Positions 1-9,284 are shown, counted from the stretch's first letter. The stretch is 64,000 bases of DNA from an uncultured virus (IMG/VR IMGVR_UViG_3300037497_000123) (IMGVR_UViG_3300037497_000123), one strand, 5' to 3'. Notes: generated by a model from the letters alone, not told the origin. A program made the numbers and translations.

Positions 1-112
1 ACGCGCCTGGGGACGGCTTTGCACGCTTCGGGATGGGCATTTCTCCCGACCAAGCCCACGCGCTGGCACAAATCATCGACTTCATCGCCGCCCAGCGCGG
101 GGAGTCCCAGCC

Positions 113-523
113 ATGAGCCGCAAAAAACGCTCGATAGCCTGCTTAGAGGAACATGGGGCAATGTTCGCATACGAACCTTGCCCTATCTGTGACGCTCACA
201 CAGCCCAGCCCAGCGCACCGCAGGTCTGCGGGATGCGAGTAATCGTGGACCACCGGATGCCGCCAGAAGTGTTCGTGCAACTTCGGATGCCGCCGGCCGC
301 GACAATGAACGTGCCGCACCCCGTCGCCCCGCAGCCCCCGGCCCACCCGCTGGCCGTGGCGCGAGACTGGACGCAGCACATCCGACTGCTGAACGGCAAG
401 GCGTTTGCTCTTGAAAAGGCACTGAGCAAAAGCTTGGGCGTGCCGGTCACTGAACGTACCGAGGCAGGTGCTATCGACGCTCGCCTGTTCCGCGAAGTTG
501 CAGACTTCCTCGCGGCCACCTAA
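113..523 (+). CDS. hypothetical early protein (CxxC, AQPSAPQ linker)
   Basis: ORF whose ATG overlaps the stop of an upstream partial ORF (ATGA); carries the shared linker repeat. Confidence 0.6.
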   Translation: MSRKKRSIACLEEHGAMFAYEPCPICDAHTAQPSAPQVCGMRVIVDHRMPPEVFVQLRMPPAATMNVPHPVAPQPPAHPLAVARDWTQHIRLLNGKAFALEKALSKSLGVPVTERTEAGAIDARLFREVADFLAAT

Positions 524-560
524 GGACAACGTGACAAAACCCAAGGACAACGTGACAAAA
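522..560 (+). repeat. 21-bp-period tandem duplication of RBS + start codon
   Basis: AAGGACAACGTGACAAAA at 522 and 543. Confidence 0.9.
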
Positions 561-797
561 TCGAAACCGAAACAGAAATCGAAGTACGCCGCCACCGAAA
601 AGATGGTCAAGGCGTGGCGGGCTGTTTACAAGGCGCTGAACAAGGAGCACGCCCGCTTGAGGGAGCTCAGTCGCGCACTGGACGAGGAGAAGCAACTGGT
701 AGACAGCCACATTATAGATATCGAACGGGTGCTGGATAAAAATGAGTTCGAAGATCCCGCTGTAGTTGACGGAGCGACCCCAGGCTTTCTCCGGTGA
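531..797 (+). CDS. hypothetical coiled-coil protein
   Basis: AAGGA RBS + GTG at 531 (duplicated at 552), in frame with ORF 468..797. Confidence 0.55.
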   Translation: MTKPKDNVTKSKPKQKSKYAATEKMVKAWRAVYKALNKEHARLRELSRALDEEKQLVDSHIIDIERVLDKNEFEDPAVVDGATPGFLR

Positions 798-876
798 GCG
801 GCAATTATCGCGCCGCGTCGAGGGAAGGCACAACCTGGCTTCGTAACGGAGCGGCCGAGGTCGGAGTATCGCTTCG

Positions 877-1503
877 ATGACTCTCCGCGCGCCGACACTG
901 GACGAGTTTTACGCGATGCTGAACCACTCGGCGTCGTGTCTGTACTCCGAGGGGGGCTGTCACTGTTCGCACGACGATGCCTACCTCGCGTACAAATCAG
1001 TGCTGGACGCGCTGGCGTCCGCCGTCCCGCAGAGCCAGCCGCTGATTGACGCAAGCAACCCAGCCATGAGTGAGCCTATGCCGTACACAGAGACAGAAGC
1101 GACCCGCTACGCTTTACGCGAAATCATCGCCGCCATCGTGCTCGATAAGGTTTCCGAATTGAGCGAGCGGCACATGAAGGTGCTGAATGACCTTATCACG
1201 CGCCGTATGACGGCGGCCCAGCCCAGCGCACCGCAGGAAGAATACGCACTCGGTGACCGATGTGCAACGACGCCATGGAGCCGTGCCGCCTCCCAGCCCG
1301 CGCCCCGCGACACGCCCGTCTGTTCGTGTGATGAATGGGAACCGGGCGTAGCGAAAATCAACGCGCCTATCATGCTCGCCCAAGCACGCAATCCGCAATT
1401 GACGCAGACGGAGGAGTTTCGGTTCAACGTCTTTCGCTTTTGCCCATGGTGTAGCAAGCCCGTCCGTACCAACGCCGCCAGTCGCGGGGAGTCCCGGTCA
1501 TGA
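877..1503 (+). CDS. hypothetical modular early protein (C-terminal FCPWC zinc motif)
   Basis: 208-aa ORF, AAQPSAPQ linker, ATGA overlap with next gene. Confidence 0.6.
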   Translation: MTLRAPTLDEFYAMLNHSASCLYSEGGCHCSHDDAYLAYKSVLDALASAVPQSQPLIDASNPAMSEPMPYTETEATRYALREIIAAIVLDKVSELSERHMKVLNDLITRRMTAAQPSAPQEEYALGDRCATTPWSRAASQPAPRDTPVCSCDEWEPGVAKINAPIMLAQARNPQLTQTEEFRFNVFRFCPWCSKPVRTNAASRGESRS

Positions 1504-2024
1504 GTGAACTAGTGCGGAAAGTGCTACTGACGCGAGGCGAGTACGACATCGAGTACGTCCAGTGGTGTCAGTGGGGCGACTGCCTTCTCGAAGGGCCAGT
1601 CGTGCAAGTCCGACAACGCGATACTGGTGGGTGCGTGGTGCTGTTCCACACACGCCGCCTCTTCCGGCCGGGCCGCACAACGCTGGAAGTCATTGGCCTC
1701 GCGTTCGACTGGATTCTGGAACAGGAGGCAGAGGAGAAGCGCGCCAAGCAAGAAGCCGAAATCGCCACCGAGCAAGCCGCTGCGCTCGCCGAGTTTGCGG
1801 CCGACCTGAACCGTGAGGCAACCGCCGCCCCGCCCGCCGTCGCTCAGGCAGAGCCGACGCGATTCACGGTAAAGGAAAGGGATGGACTCCCTCGCCCTGT
1901 TTCGCGTTGGGACGTAGGGTATCCCGCGACACTACCAATCGCCTCGTGCTGGCGCGAAGTGGAGGCCAATCAAGTCGCCGCCGCCCTCAACGCGGTCGCC
2001 AAAACCGACTCAGAGGCACCCTAA
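1500..2024 (+). CDS. hypothetical protein
   Basis: 174-aa ORF translationally coupled on both sides. Confidence 0.6.
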   Translation: MSELVRKVLLTRGEYDIEYVQWCQWGDCLLEGPVVQVRQRDTGGCVVLFHTRRLFRPGRTTLEVIGLAFDWILEQEAEEKRAKQEAEIATEQAAALAEFAADLNREATAAPPAVAQAEPTRFTVKERDGLPRPVSRWDVGYPATLPIASCWREVEANQVAAALNAVAKTDSEAP

Positions 2025-2953
2025 TGACTGACGACAACTTTTGCATCTGCAAGTATCCAGCAATCACGCGCACCCCGGACCAGTGCGCCACCTGTCGCTT
2101 GCCGCTTCCGGTTACGCCCGACTCCGCGCTGGGCGACCCGACATGCGAGTACGCGAAACGAGGCGAGCCGCATCCCCTTGGCGTTGAGTGTGACGAGTGC
2201 GGCGTTTCGGCGTACCCAATTCAGCCGCCCGAACTTCACGCCGCGCAAGCCGTAGAGCGCCGCCACGGAGTCCGGCACGTTTTCTTTGGCCAGGAGCCAG
2301 CCCAGCCGTACACGCCGAGAGAAGTCGCTGAACTGTGGGCCGTCAGCGACTTGCGCCAGCTCACGCCCGAGGAAGGCAGCCGCCTCCTCACCACGGCTCG
2401 TCTAGCGCTCGCGGCCCAGCCCAGCGCACCGACGACCGAGGAGTATCAGCGGCTCCAACAAACCGTCGCGTTCAGTGAGGAGCAGTACCTCAAGGCACAC
2501 GGAGGGAGTTGGGGAACGTGCAAGTACCAAGCCGAAAATGCCGACCTTCGCGCCGAGATTGAGCAGTCGCGGCGCAGTCCAGCCGCTCCCGTGGCCGCCT
2601 CCCAGGTGACGCCAGCGCGGTGCCTGGCCGACGAGCCCTCCGACTACGCGGAGCGGGTGCAGGGCTGGGCGGACGGCCTCGCGCTCACCCACGGCCATGC
2701 GAAGCTCAAGAATCACCCGCCGCCATGCAACGGGCTGGACTTCTGCGTCGCGCATGCCCTGCAACGCGGGGTCGAAGTCCTCTTGTCCGAACGCAACCGC
2801 CCTCAGCCCGCACCCAGCGAGGCGCGACCTATCAGAGAAAGGCTTGGGTTTATTCGGGACATTCTCACAGGGATGCGCCCCGATGCGATTGTTCACGCCG
2901 TAACAGAAATAGACGCCGCCATCGACGCCGCCCGTCGCGGGGCGCCGCTGTGA
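2024..2953 (+). CDS. hypothetical modular early protein
   Basis: ATG at 2024 after GAGG (TAATG overlap); Cys-rich N-terminus; AAQPSAP linker. Confidence 0.6.
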   Translation: MTDDNFCICKYPAITRTPDQCATCRLPLPVTPDSALGDPTCEYAKRGEPHPLGVECDECGVSAYPIQPPELHAAQAVERRHGVRHVFFGQEPAQPYTPREVAELWAVSDLRQLTPEEGSRLLTTARLALAAQPSAPTTEEYQRLQQTVAFSEEQYLKAHGGSWGTCKYQAENADLRAEIEQSRRSPAAPVAASQVTPARCLADEPSDYAERVQGWADGLALTHGHAKLKNHPPPCNGLDFCVAHALQRGVEVLLSERNRPQPAPSEARPIRERLGFIRDILTGMRPDAIVHAVTEIDAAIDAARRGAPL

Positions 2954-3082
2954 CCGCCGTTGCCCACCACTGGAATGTTTGGGGATTTGCGTTGCCTAAA
3001 CCACCGCGATGAAGTACTTTCCGCGAGCGTGGCGGGCAAGCCGAGGAGTTCGACACGCAAGAGGACCGGAGTCACAAGTCGC

Positions 3083-3349
3083 ATGAGCTACTTCATCCGT
3101 TGCCACAGATGTGGGGTAAAGGTCTGTACGGAGCCGCTTCCACACGGGACATTCATTCTCGCGTGGGTGGAGTGTCCGGAGTGTATTGCCAAGACGCCGG
3201 ACCCCAAAGAGGTGTTGCGGTTCGAGGTGGTGGACCGCGCTGGTGTGGTCGACGCGCGGCCGTTCATTGCCACCAAATGTCAAATCAAGCTCGACTACCA
3301 AGACCACGGACGGACACTGAAGGTGGTCGTTACACCGGAGCGGCAATGA
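3083..3349 (+). CDS. hypothetical zinc-binding phage protein
   Basis: CxxC...CxxC and QDHGRTLKV motif; ATG at 3083. Confidence 0.5.
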   Translation: MSYFIRCHRCGVKVCTEPLPHGTFILAWVECPECIAKTPDPKEVLRFEVVDRAGVVDARPFIATKCQIKLDYQDHGRTLKVVVTPERQ

Positions 3350-3642
3350 AACGTCGAAACTTTTTTGAAGCCACGCTCGTGAGCCTCGCGAGCTTCTTTG
3401 GCATTCGTTGGGAGGATCCCACCCGCAACTTGGTGTGGACCACCGCTGAGGGCGACCGCGTATGTGTCGGGGATATGAGCGATGCTCACCTTCGCAACTG
3501 CATCTTCTACCTGAACAAGCGCTACGGCTATCTCAATCCCTACAGCATCATGGGCGGATCGCCGGCAGAAATCACCCCGATGTATGATGCCATGCGCCGG
3601 GAAGCTACCCGCCGGAAACTCTCATGGATCGAATCCCAATGA
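3346..3642 (+). CDS. hypothetical phage protein
   Basis: GGAG RBS, ATGA overlap; DMSDAHLRN motif seen in small phage proteins. Confidence 0.55.
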   Translation: MKRRNFFEATLVSLASFFGIRWEDPTRNLVWTTAEGDRVCVGDMSDAHLRNCIFYLNKRYGYLNPYSIMGGSPAEITPMYDAMRREATRRKLSWIESQ

Positions 3643-4313
3643 ACTGCCTCACCCACGATGTGTTTTACACGGGCGAGTGTTGGATGTGTCGTACTGTGAA
3701 ACGCCGGGAACGCTTGGGAGATCGGTACATCGGACCCACGCTTGTGGACGACTTTCTGTATATCGGTTCTGCCACAGATGCCCAAGACACCAAGCGACTA
3801 CAAGATCTTGGCATCCAAGCGGTCATCAACTTGACGGGGACGGACTGGGGGACAGACCAACGGTTCTTCGACTACTTCCAGCTCCATCAGGACGATATGG
3901 TAGCGGTGTCGCCTAAAAAACTCGAGCGATTCCTCGGATGGGTGGACGGGTTGCTGGCCAAGAAAGTCAAAACGCTGGTACACTGTCAGGTGGGACGGAG
4001 CCGGGCACCAAGTTTCATTATTGCCTGGAAAATCCATCGCCTGGGCGTGGCCCTCCCAAGGACCCTCGAGGAGTTGTGGGGTGACTACGAAAAGGCTATT
4101 CTCGAAGAACGTCCCTTCATTCTTCCACATCCCGTTCTCAAAGCTTCTTTGCTTGACTACTTCAAGGGCACTACCAAGCGCACCTACGAGGTCTTGGACC
4201 ATGTTGCTGCAGTGCTTCTTCGCAACGGCACGCCGTGTCAGTGGGACGGGGTCTCCCTGATTCTTCGAGATGGTCCCCACCGCATTGAAATCACCGCCCG
4301 CGCCCTCCCATGA
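3639..4313 (+). CDS. dual-specificity protein phosphatase family protein
   Basis: LYIGS...LGIQAVINLT and catalytic VHCQVGRSR (HCX5R). Confidence 0.85.
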   Translation: MNCLTHDVFYTGECWMCRTVKRRERLGDRYIGPTLVDDFLYIGSATDAQDTKRLQDLGIQAVINLTGTDWGTDQRFFDYFQLHQDDMVAVSPKKLERFLGWVDGLLAKKVKTLVHCQVGRSRAPSFIIAWKIHRLGVALPRTLEELWGDYEKAILEERPFILPHPVLKASLLDYFKGTTKRTYEVLDHVAAVLLRNGTPCQWDGVSLILRDGPHRIEITARALP

Positions 4314-4431
4314 GTCCCTGGAATGACTGGCTGGAAACTCCCATAGAACAACTCGAGCGCCACCTCGCATTGCTCAACGAACTGGAAACCATGTGGGTTA
4401 CGGCCGCGTTCGCGGAATGGGCGAGGACCTT

Positions 4432-4908
4432 GTGACTCGACTTAGTCCCACCAAAATCCTGCGCGTGATTCGTAACGAGCCCTGGTTGATTGCCACGGCC
4501 TACGCCGAAAAGTTGGAGAACTACTGCCATGGCAACAATCAGTATGCCCGAGACATCCCAACACGCTGTCGCGGGGAAATCGGGCATTGTGCCGTAGGCG
4601 CCTTACTGTATCGGGCCGGCGTCCCCGATGCGCAGTTGCTCACGAAGGCCGTGACCTCCACCATTCTCTATGATCACTTTGGGTTACGGGAAGGGGAAAT
4701 TTCCTTTCTAATCCAGATTAATGATCACGTAAGTGTGTCTAGTATCCGAGGTCGTCGAGCCTTGGTACTGCGGGCCGTCCGGTTCCTAGCGGGGTACCGC
4801 GAGCGTCAAAGTCCCAGTCGCCGACGTCTGCCGCGTGCGCACGGCGAGTTTCTGGGTATTATGCATGCCTGGAATCGTCGGTATCCTATACGATCGATTA
4901 CTCAGTGA
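4432..4908 (+). CDS. hypothetical protein
   Basis: GTG after GAGGA; CAVGAL and NDH motifs. Confidence 0.5.
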   Translation: MTRLSPTKILRVIRNEPWLIATAYAEKLENYCHGNNQYARDIPTRCRGEIGHCAVGALLYRAGVPDAQLLTKAVTSTILYDHFGLREGEISFLIQINDHVSVSSIRGRRALVLRAVRFLAGYRERQSPSRRRLPRAHGEFLGIMHAWNRRYPIRSITQ

Positions 4909-5619
4909 AGATGCCTTTGTGCACCTGTGGCCACATCACCCTCGACCATGACCAGGGGGAATGTCAGGGTCGCCTAAACGGCCGGGCATGTGGCTGTCTA
5001 GGGATTGTGCTCTCGGGAACGGAGCGCGAAATTGATGCCGTCGCTCTTCACCGCACCAAACTAATGCCCGGCTATAGCAGCCGGCTGGAGGAATGGCTCC
5101 AATGAAATACCGGATCGCGGCCCAGCCCAAGGCACCGCAGGAGCCAGAAGCATGGCTGGTCAAGTTCCCGCATCGCTTTATCTCAGACGGACCAATCGAT
5201 CCGAGGACTGCCCACGACAACGGCGGTGATTGCCCTCCTATACAGCTTCGCGCAACGCCGGGGCCTTCTATGACAGAGAGACTCCTTGCTGGGTCCCGAA
5301 GCTGTTATGCTTAGCTTGCGAGCAGGGCGCAAAGCCTTCTTTGCTCAACCCGTTCCGTTCGCCTCACTCGCGATTGACGACCAATTCACCTTCGACGCTA
5401 GACCGCCACACATAGACGCCATCTACTGCAAGGCCAGCGCCGACCAAGCGCGAGCTGTCCCGCTGAGCGGCCAGTACGAAAGCTTTACCTACGCTCGCAT
5501 TTGGGTGGAGCCAGAGCAAGCCGTGTACCCGTACACCCTGAACCACTAGACGGCGCGAGCCCCTTCGCCACGCCCCACAATCAAAAGAGGGCGGCCCCAA
5601 CGGGCCACAACGACAACCA

Positions 5620-5997
5620 ATGACGACAACGACCGAGCAAGGCGCGGCCCACTCCTCAACAGGAGCCGCGCAACAGCCAAGACCGACCGAAGCAGAGTAC
5701 CGGCGCGAGTGGAACAGCACCCACGTAGGTGACCCGCAAATGCTGATCGGCGGCGACGTTGACCCGAACGCCGCAGACGTGTCGCAAACTGGCCAAGGCC
5801 ACGCGCAGCGAAGCGAAGGCCACAGTCAAAGGACTCTCTGCAAAGATCCTGTGTTTGCCGCTGCCCAACGCACCACGACCACCCCATCCGAGTGGTTGGT
5901 GACCTACGGGATTGTACCAGCCGGCTCCGCGTTTCGTTCTCCAACACCCGTGGGAAACGGTGACCGCCTTAACCGAGACAAGGATTCTCTTGCCTAA
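5620..5997 (+). CDS. hypothetical protein
   Basis: 125-aa ORF only. Confidence 0.35.
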   Translation: MTTTTEQGAAHSSTGAAQQPRPTEAEYRREWNSTHVGDPQMLIGGDVDPNAADVSQTGQGHAQRSEGHSQRTLCKDPVFAAAQRTTTTPSEWLVTYGIVPAGSAFRSPTPVGNGDRLNRDKDSLA

Positions 5998-6010
5998 AGA
6001 ACCCTCTGTT

Positions 6011-6193
6011 ATGCCCTATATCCACCGGTTGTGTATCAAACACGGAGAACACCAGTCCTATGGTTATCAAGTACGCATTCGTCGCCTGAAGATTTCCCGG
6101 TGGTTTAGCCGTAAAAGTCACGGATCCCTCACCGACGCCTTGACCGCTGCCGTGCTCTATCGCGACAAGAAGCTTGCTGCGGAACCGAGATGA
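6011..6193 (+). CDS. small AP2-like DNA-binding domain protein
   Basis: YQVRIRR...SRWFSRKSHG...AL.AA..YRD pattern matches AP2/integrase-type DNA-binding domains. Confidence 0.6.
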   Translation: MPYIHRLCIKHGEHQSYGYQVRIRRLKISRWFSRKSHGSLTDALTAAVLYRDKKLAAEPR

Positions 6194-6378
6194 GCCAAAA
6201 ACCCTGCCGTCATCGCGTTGTCCATCCTGTGCGTCACCGCTCCCTGAAGGATCCAGGCCTAACGGTCAGCGAGCACCTGCGTAACGTGTACGACAGCGGT
6301 GAACTGCACGAGGGGGCAACCCTCCGGAAAATCCGGATAGTTCGAACCGAGGGAAGCCGCGCGCGAGGCCCGCGCTGA
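6190..6378 (+). pseudogene. RhuM-family fragment
   Basis: TVSEHLRNVYDSGELHEGATLRKIRIVRTEGSR matches the conserved RhuM segment, but only about 35 aa are present. Confidence 0.6.
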
Positions 6379-6803
6379 AAAATATGCCACCATCATTGCT
6401 GCTGTGCTGGCCTCTGGCCTTCTGTACGGTGCAGCCGCCTGGTTGTACCTCACCTTACCGGTCGCGCAGTTTTCGACCGTAGCCTGGCACATGGACTATG
6501 GAGGGTGTTTTGGCCACCCCGAAGCAAGCATTGTTTACACCACAAGTGTAAAATTTACAGTCGTATTTGCAATTGTCTAAAAACTGACCTATATACTTGA
6601 TCATACAAGGCATAATTTAGACATATGCTCTTCTTCGCCGAATCACCCCAGTCCCGACTCGCCAAGCGGACCGAGCGGGGCGCCCTCAAACGCCTCGCTC
6701 GAGGAGAAGCAGCCCAAGCCTTGGGGCCAAGTTCGACTTCAATGAAGGCCGGGGAGAACGCGTCGACTAACCCAGCCCCAGAAACGCCGCCGGGCCTGAG
6801 CCT

Positions 6804-6832
6804 GTTATAAAACGCCTAGGCCGAGCGTCTCT
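6804..6832 (+). promoter_or_regulatory. class 1 (middle) promoter-like motif
   Basis: GTTATAA-N15-CGTCTCT, one of six copies with identical spacing. Confidence 0.75.
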
Positions 6833-6858
6833 TCTATGTCTAACATAGGGGAGGCCCT

Positions 6859-7449
6859 TTGGCCGGTACAAGCGTTGAGAAGCTGGAAGAGATTTGGCGG
6901 TTGTCGGTGGCACAGATTCGCCCTGAACCCCTGACCTTTTTCAAGCCAAACAAGAAGGACCCGTCGCGTGGGGTGGCCGCGAAGTTCAATCTCCGACTCC
7001 GTCCCGTGTGGAAGGCCGACGCGGAGTTCGTGGAGGAGGTCGAGGGTGGGTTATTCCTTGATCTCGTAGCACAGGGGCCGATGAAGGGGGAGTTTCCCAC
7101 TTTCGCCTGGACCGACAAGAACACGTTGGTAACAGCGAAGTTAGGTCTCAAGGACGTGTCTTCAATCCGAGCGTCCATCCGGGATTTTCGCGGCCGGGGC
7201 GTCCCAATAGCGACGTACCTTAGGAACCGCAAGGATCCAAAGGAAAACCAGCTCTCGCTATTTCATCAACATGAGTCTTCGGGCACTACGGTCATCAACT
7301 ACCAGTTTGAGGCCGAATCGAGTTTCTTGTCTGTGTCAAAACGTGCCGATCTTCGGCGATCGGTGTCCTTGACCCTGGACGAGGAGTTGGCTCTCGATGC
7401 CTACCTCGAACAAGCTCTCAAAGCATTCATTCTCGTAGGATTGCGATAA
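6859..7449 (+). CDS. Whirly-like ssDNA-binding protein
   Basis: EGGLFLDL..Q...F.W, LSLFHQ and SVSLTLDE..AL repeat the duplicated beta-beta-beta-beta-alpha Whirly pattern; GGGGAGG RBS. Confidence 0.55.
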   Translation: MAGTSVEKLEEIWRLSVAQIRPEPLTFFKPNKKDPSRGVAAKFNLRLRPVWKADAEFVEEVEGGLFLDLVAQGPMKGEFPTFAWTDKNTLVTAKLGLKDVSSIRASIRDFRGRGVPIATYLRNRKDPKENQLSLFHQHESSGTTVINYQFEAESSFLSVSKRADLRRSVSLTLDEELALDAYLEQALKAFILVGLR

Positions 7450-7480
7450 CTAACCACACATAGCAGCCGGCCGCGATCGT

Positions 7481-8431
7481 ATGCGGGGCCGGCGGCGAAC
7501 GAATCAACTCAACAGGCAGGCGCCTACGGGTCGCTCGCCGGAGGCGCATCCGCATATGCAGGAATCTGCACGCGGGTTGTCGCGCGCAGAGGCGGCCGAA
7601 ATTCTCACCGCCCTGTGTCGCCGCAAACTCCGTGACGCTGGATTGCTCCATCCCGATTTCTCCATTTCCCTCGATGAGGTCACTGCGGCCTTGGTCGAGA
7701 GGAAAGGGGGAAAGGGGGATAGGAGTTTTCCTAGCCACAACGACCGCGAAATAGGTCTGTTGAATACTTCGATCGACGCTGGTACTTCGATCGACGCTGG
7801 TACTTCGATCGACGCTGGTACTTCGATCGACGCTGGTACTTCGATCGACGCTGGTACTTCGATCGAAGTAAATGAACAGCACATAAAGAGTGAGATAGGA
7901 GTAGTCACATCAGAGATACAAATCGTATGGGATGCCTGGCTTGAACTTCGAAAGGAACCCCGGCAAGACATGGACGGGAGAAGCCTAGCGAAGATTGAAG
8001 CTCGCTTAGCATATGGATTTTCTCCCCAGCAATTAGTGGAATGTTGTCGGATTGTCCTTGACAACGCCCTGCTCGTGAAACGGGCTTCGGTGCGCTCTAT
8101 CACCAAACCGCTGCAGTCTGATAAACGGGTGTGTTTGATTTTGGGGTTGAAGTATGAGCGACCGAAACGGGTGACCTGGCTGACGCCCTACGATGAAATC
8201 TGGAAACGGCATTATCCCGACGGCAACCTGCCCGAATATGGTGCCATGGGGAAGCATCTAGCCCCTCTCATCGCTCGGCATGGTTCGCCGGCCGTGGAAC
8301 GGGAAGTGGAAGAGTATTTGGGGAGTACCCTGTCCGCATATGTCAGCTGGCCGAAATTTGCCGCGACCTATGGGTCAGTGAGGAAATCGAGTGGGCGGGA
8401 TTATGGGGCTGAGGCTGTACGAGGGCTATAA
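7481..8431 (+). CDS. putative replication initiator with internal iterons (start uncertain)
   Basis: Central tandem repeats; VWDAW and YDEIWKRHYP helical C-terminal modules typical of phage replisome organisers. Confidence 0.6.
   Translation: MRGRRRTNQLNRQAPTGRSPEAHPHMQESARGLSRAEAAEILTALCRRKLRDAGLLHPDFSISLDEVTAALVERKGGKGDRSFPSHNDREIGLLNTSIDAGTSIDAGTSIDAGTSIDAGTSIDAGTSIEVNEQHIKSEIGVVTSEIQIVWDAWLELRKEPRQDMDGRSLAKIEARLAYGFSPQQLVECCRIVLDNALLVKRASVRSITKPLQSDKRVCLILGLKYERPKRVTWLTPYDEIWKRHYPDGNLPEYGAMGKHLAPLIARHGSPAVEREVEEYLGSTLSAYVSWPKFAATYGSVRKSSGRDYGAEAVRGL
7765..7870. repeat. five perfect 18-bp direct repeats plus a terminal 16-bp palindrome (candidate origin iterons)
   Basis: TACTTCGATCGACGCTGG x5 (7765-7854), then TACTTCGATCGAAGTA (7855-7870). 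Confidence 0.95.
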
Positions 8432-8448
8432 CGCTGGAACACGGGATA

Positions 8449-8778
8449 ATGCTGACTCTTACATCGGCGGCGGTCGTGGTAATTCAAAAGTTTCTGGAGG
8501 ATGAACAACTCGATCCTGCTGTAGCCGGTTTGCGGGTGACCGTGCAACCCGGTGGGTGCAGTGGGTTCAAGTACTCCTTGGAAGTGGCGGAGGCGCCGGC
8601 CGAGGATGACCAGGTGGAGCTCGCCGAAGGGGTGCGGGTGTTCATGGATCCGTTCTCGTTGCAGTATGTCGAGGGCATCGAGATTGGGTACACCAGCTCA
8701 ATGCAGGGGTCGGGATTCACCTTCAAGAACCCCAACGCCACAGGCGGATGTGGGTGTGGCAGTTCCTTTGCGGTATGA
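8449..8778 (+). CDS. iscA: A-type Fe-S cluster carrier (IscA/ErpA/HesB family)
   Basis: GGCSGFKY and FKNPNATGGCGCGSSF signatures. Confidence 0.95.
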   Translation: MLTLTSAAVVVIQKFLEDEQLDPAVAGLRVTVQPGGCSGFKYSLEVAEAPAEDDQVELAEGVRVFMDPFSLQYVEGIEIGYTSSMQGSGFTFKNPNATGGCGCGSSFAV

Positions 8779-8788
8779 AAGTCCCAAG

Positions 8789-8817
8789 GTTATGAACTCC
8801 CTAGTCTGGGCGTCTCT
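8789..8817 (+). promoter_or_regulatory. class 1 promoter-like motif
   Basis: GTTATGA-N15-CGTCTCT. Confidence 0.75.
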
Positions 8818-8838
8818 TAGTGGAGGCCCCCAGACTTT

Positions 8839-9114
8839 TTGCTTATACCAACTATGACCAACAGACTTGAACGAGAAGACCGCCCAGAACGCCCAGAGCG
8901 TTCCGGCCGACCTGAACGTAAAGCAAAACCCAAGCGTCGGGCAGCCACACCGTTGAGACGCTCCGTCATCGTTGGGGGCCACCTGGAAGTTGCCCGGTTG
9001 ATACCTCCCAGTAAGGAAACCCCTCGGTGGGGAGCCCTGGCTCATAATCGCACGGTCTATGGGGACACCATCGAAGAAGCGTGTGACAACCTCTCAGACC
9101 TTCTGCGTAAGTAA
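8839..9114 (+). CDS. hypothetical basic protein
   Basis: ORF downstream of class 1 motif; C-terminal YGDTIEEA..NL resembles a HicB-like segment. Confidence 0.5.
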   Translation: MLIPTMTNRLEREDRPERPERSGRPERKAKPKRRAATPLRRSVIVGGHLEVARLIPPSKETPRWGALAHNRTVYGDTIEEACDNLSDLLRK

Positions 9115-9284
9115 TGCAGGGGGTGTGTAGTCGTTGTGGAAATGAAACAGAGCATCTCGAGGAATTAGATGATGCCCTCGTGTGTCTCGATTGTTTTGAG
9201 GATCAGGACGGGTTTGATGCTGAATTAGAGGAAGGTCTATTGTGGGATGATCCCCTGGTGGATGATGAGCATGGAGAATACTGA
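9114..9284 (+). CDS. 56-aa highly acidic zinc-ribbon protein (below ORF-track cutoff)
   Basis: TAATG overlap; MQGVCSRCGNE...VCLDC...DDEHGEY; 20 D/E, 1 R, 0 K. Confidence 0.65.
   Translation: MQGVCSRCGNETEHLEELDDALVCLDCFEDQDGFDAELEEGLLWDDPLVDDEHGEY

Noticed and set aside
3346..3410. Tat signal peptide (MKRRNFF)
   Set aside because: Short hydrophobic region, no clear cleavage site, and the downstream domain looks cytoplasmic
7765..7870. CRISPR array
   Set aside because: The repeats are contiguous with no spacers, are in frame within a gene, and no cas genes are seen
9114..9284. LysW-type amino-group carrier protein
   Set aside because: Similar zinc ribbon and acidity, but it lacks the terminal EDWGE and no LysX/RimK ligase is present
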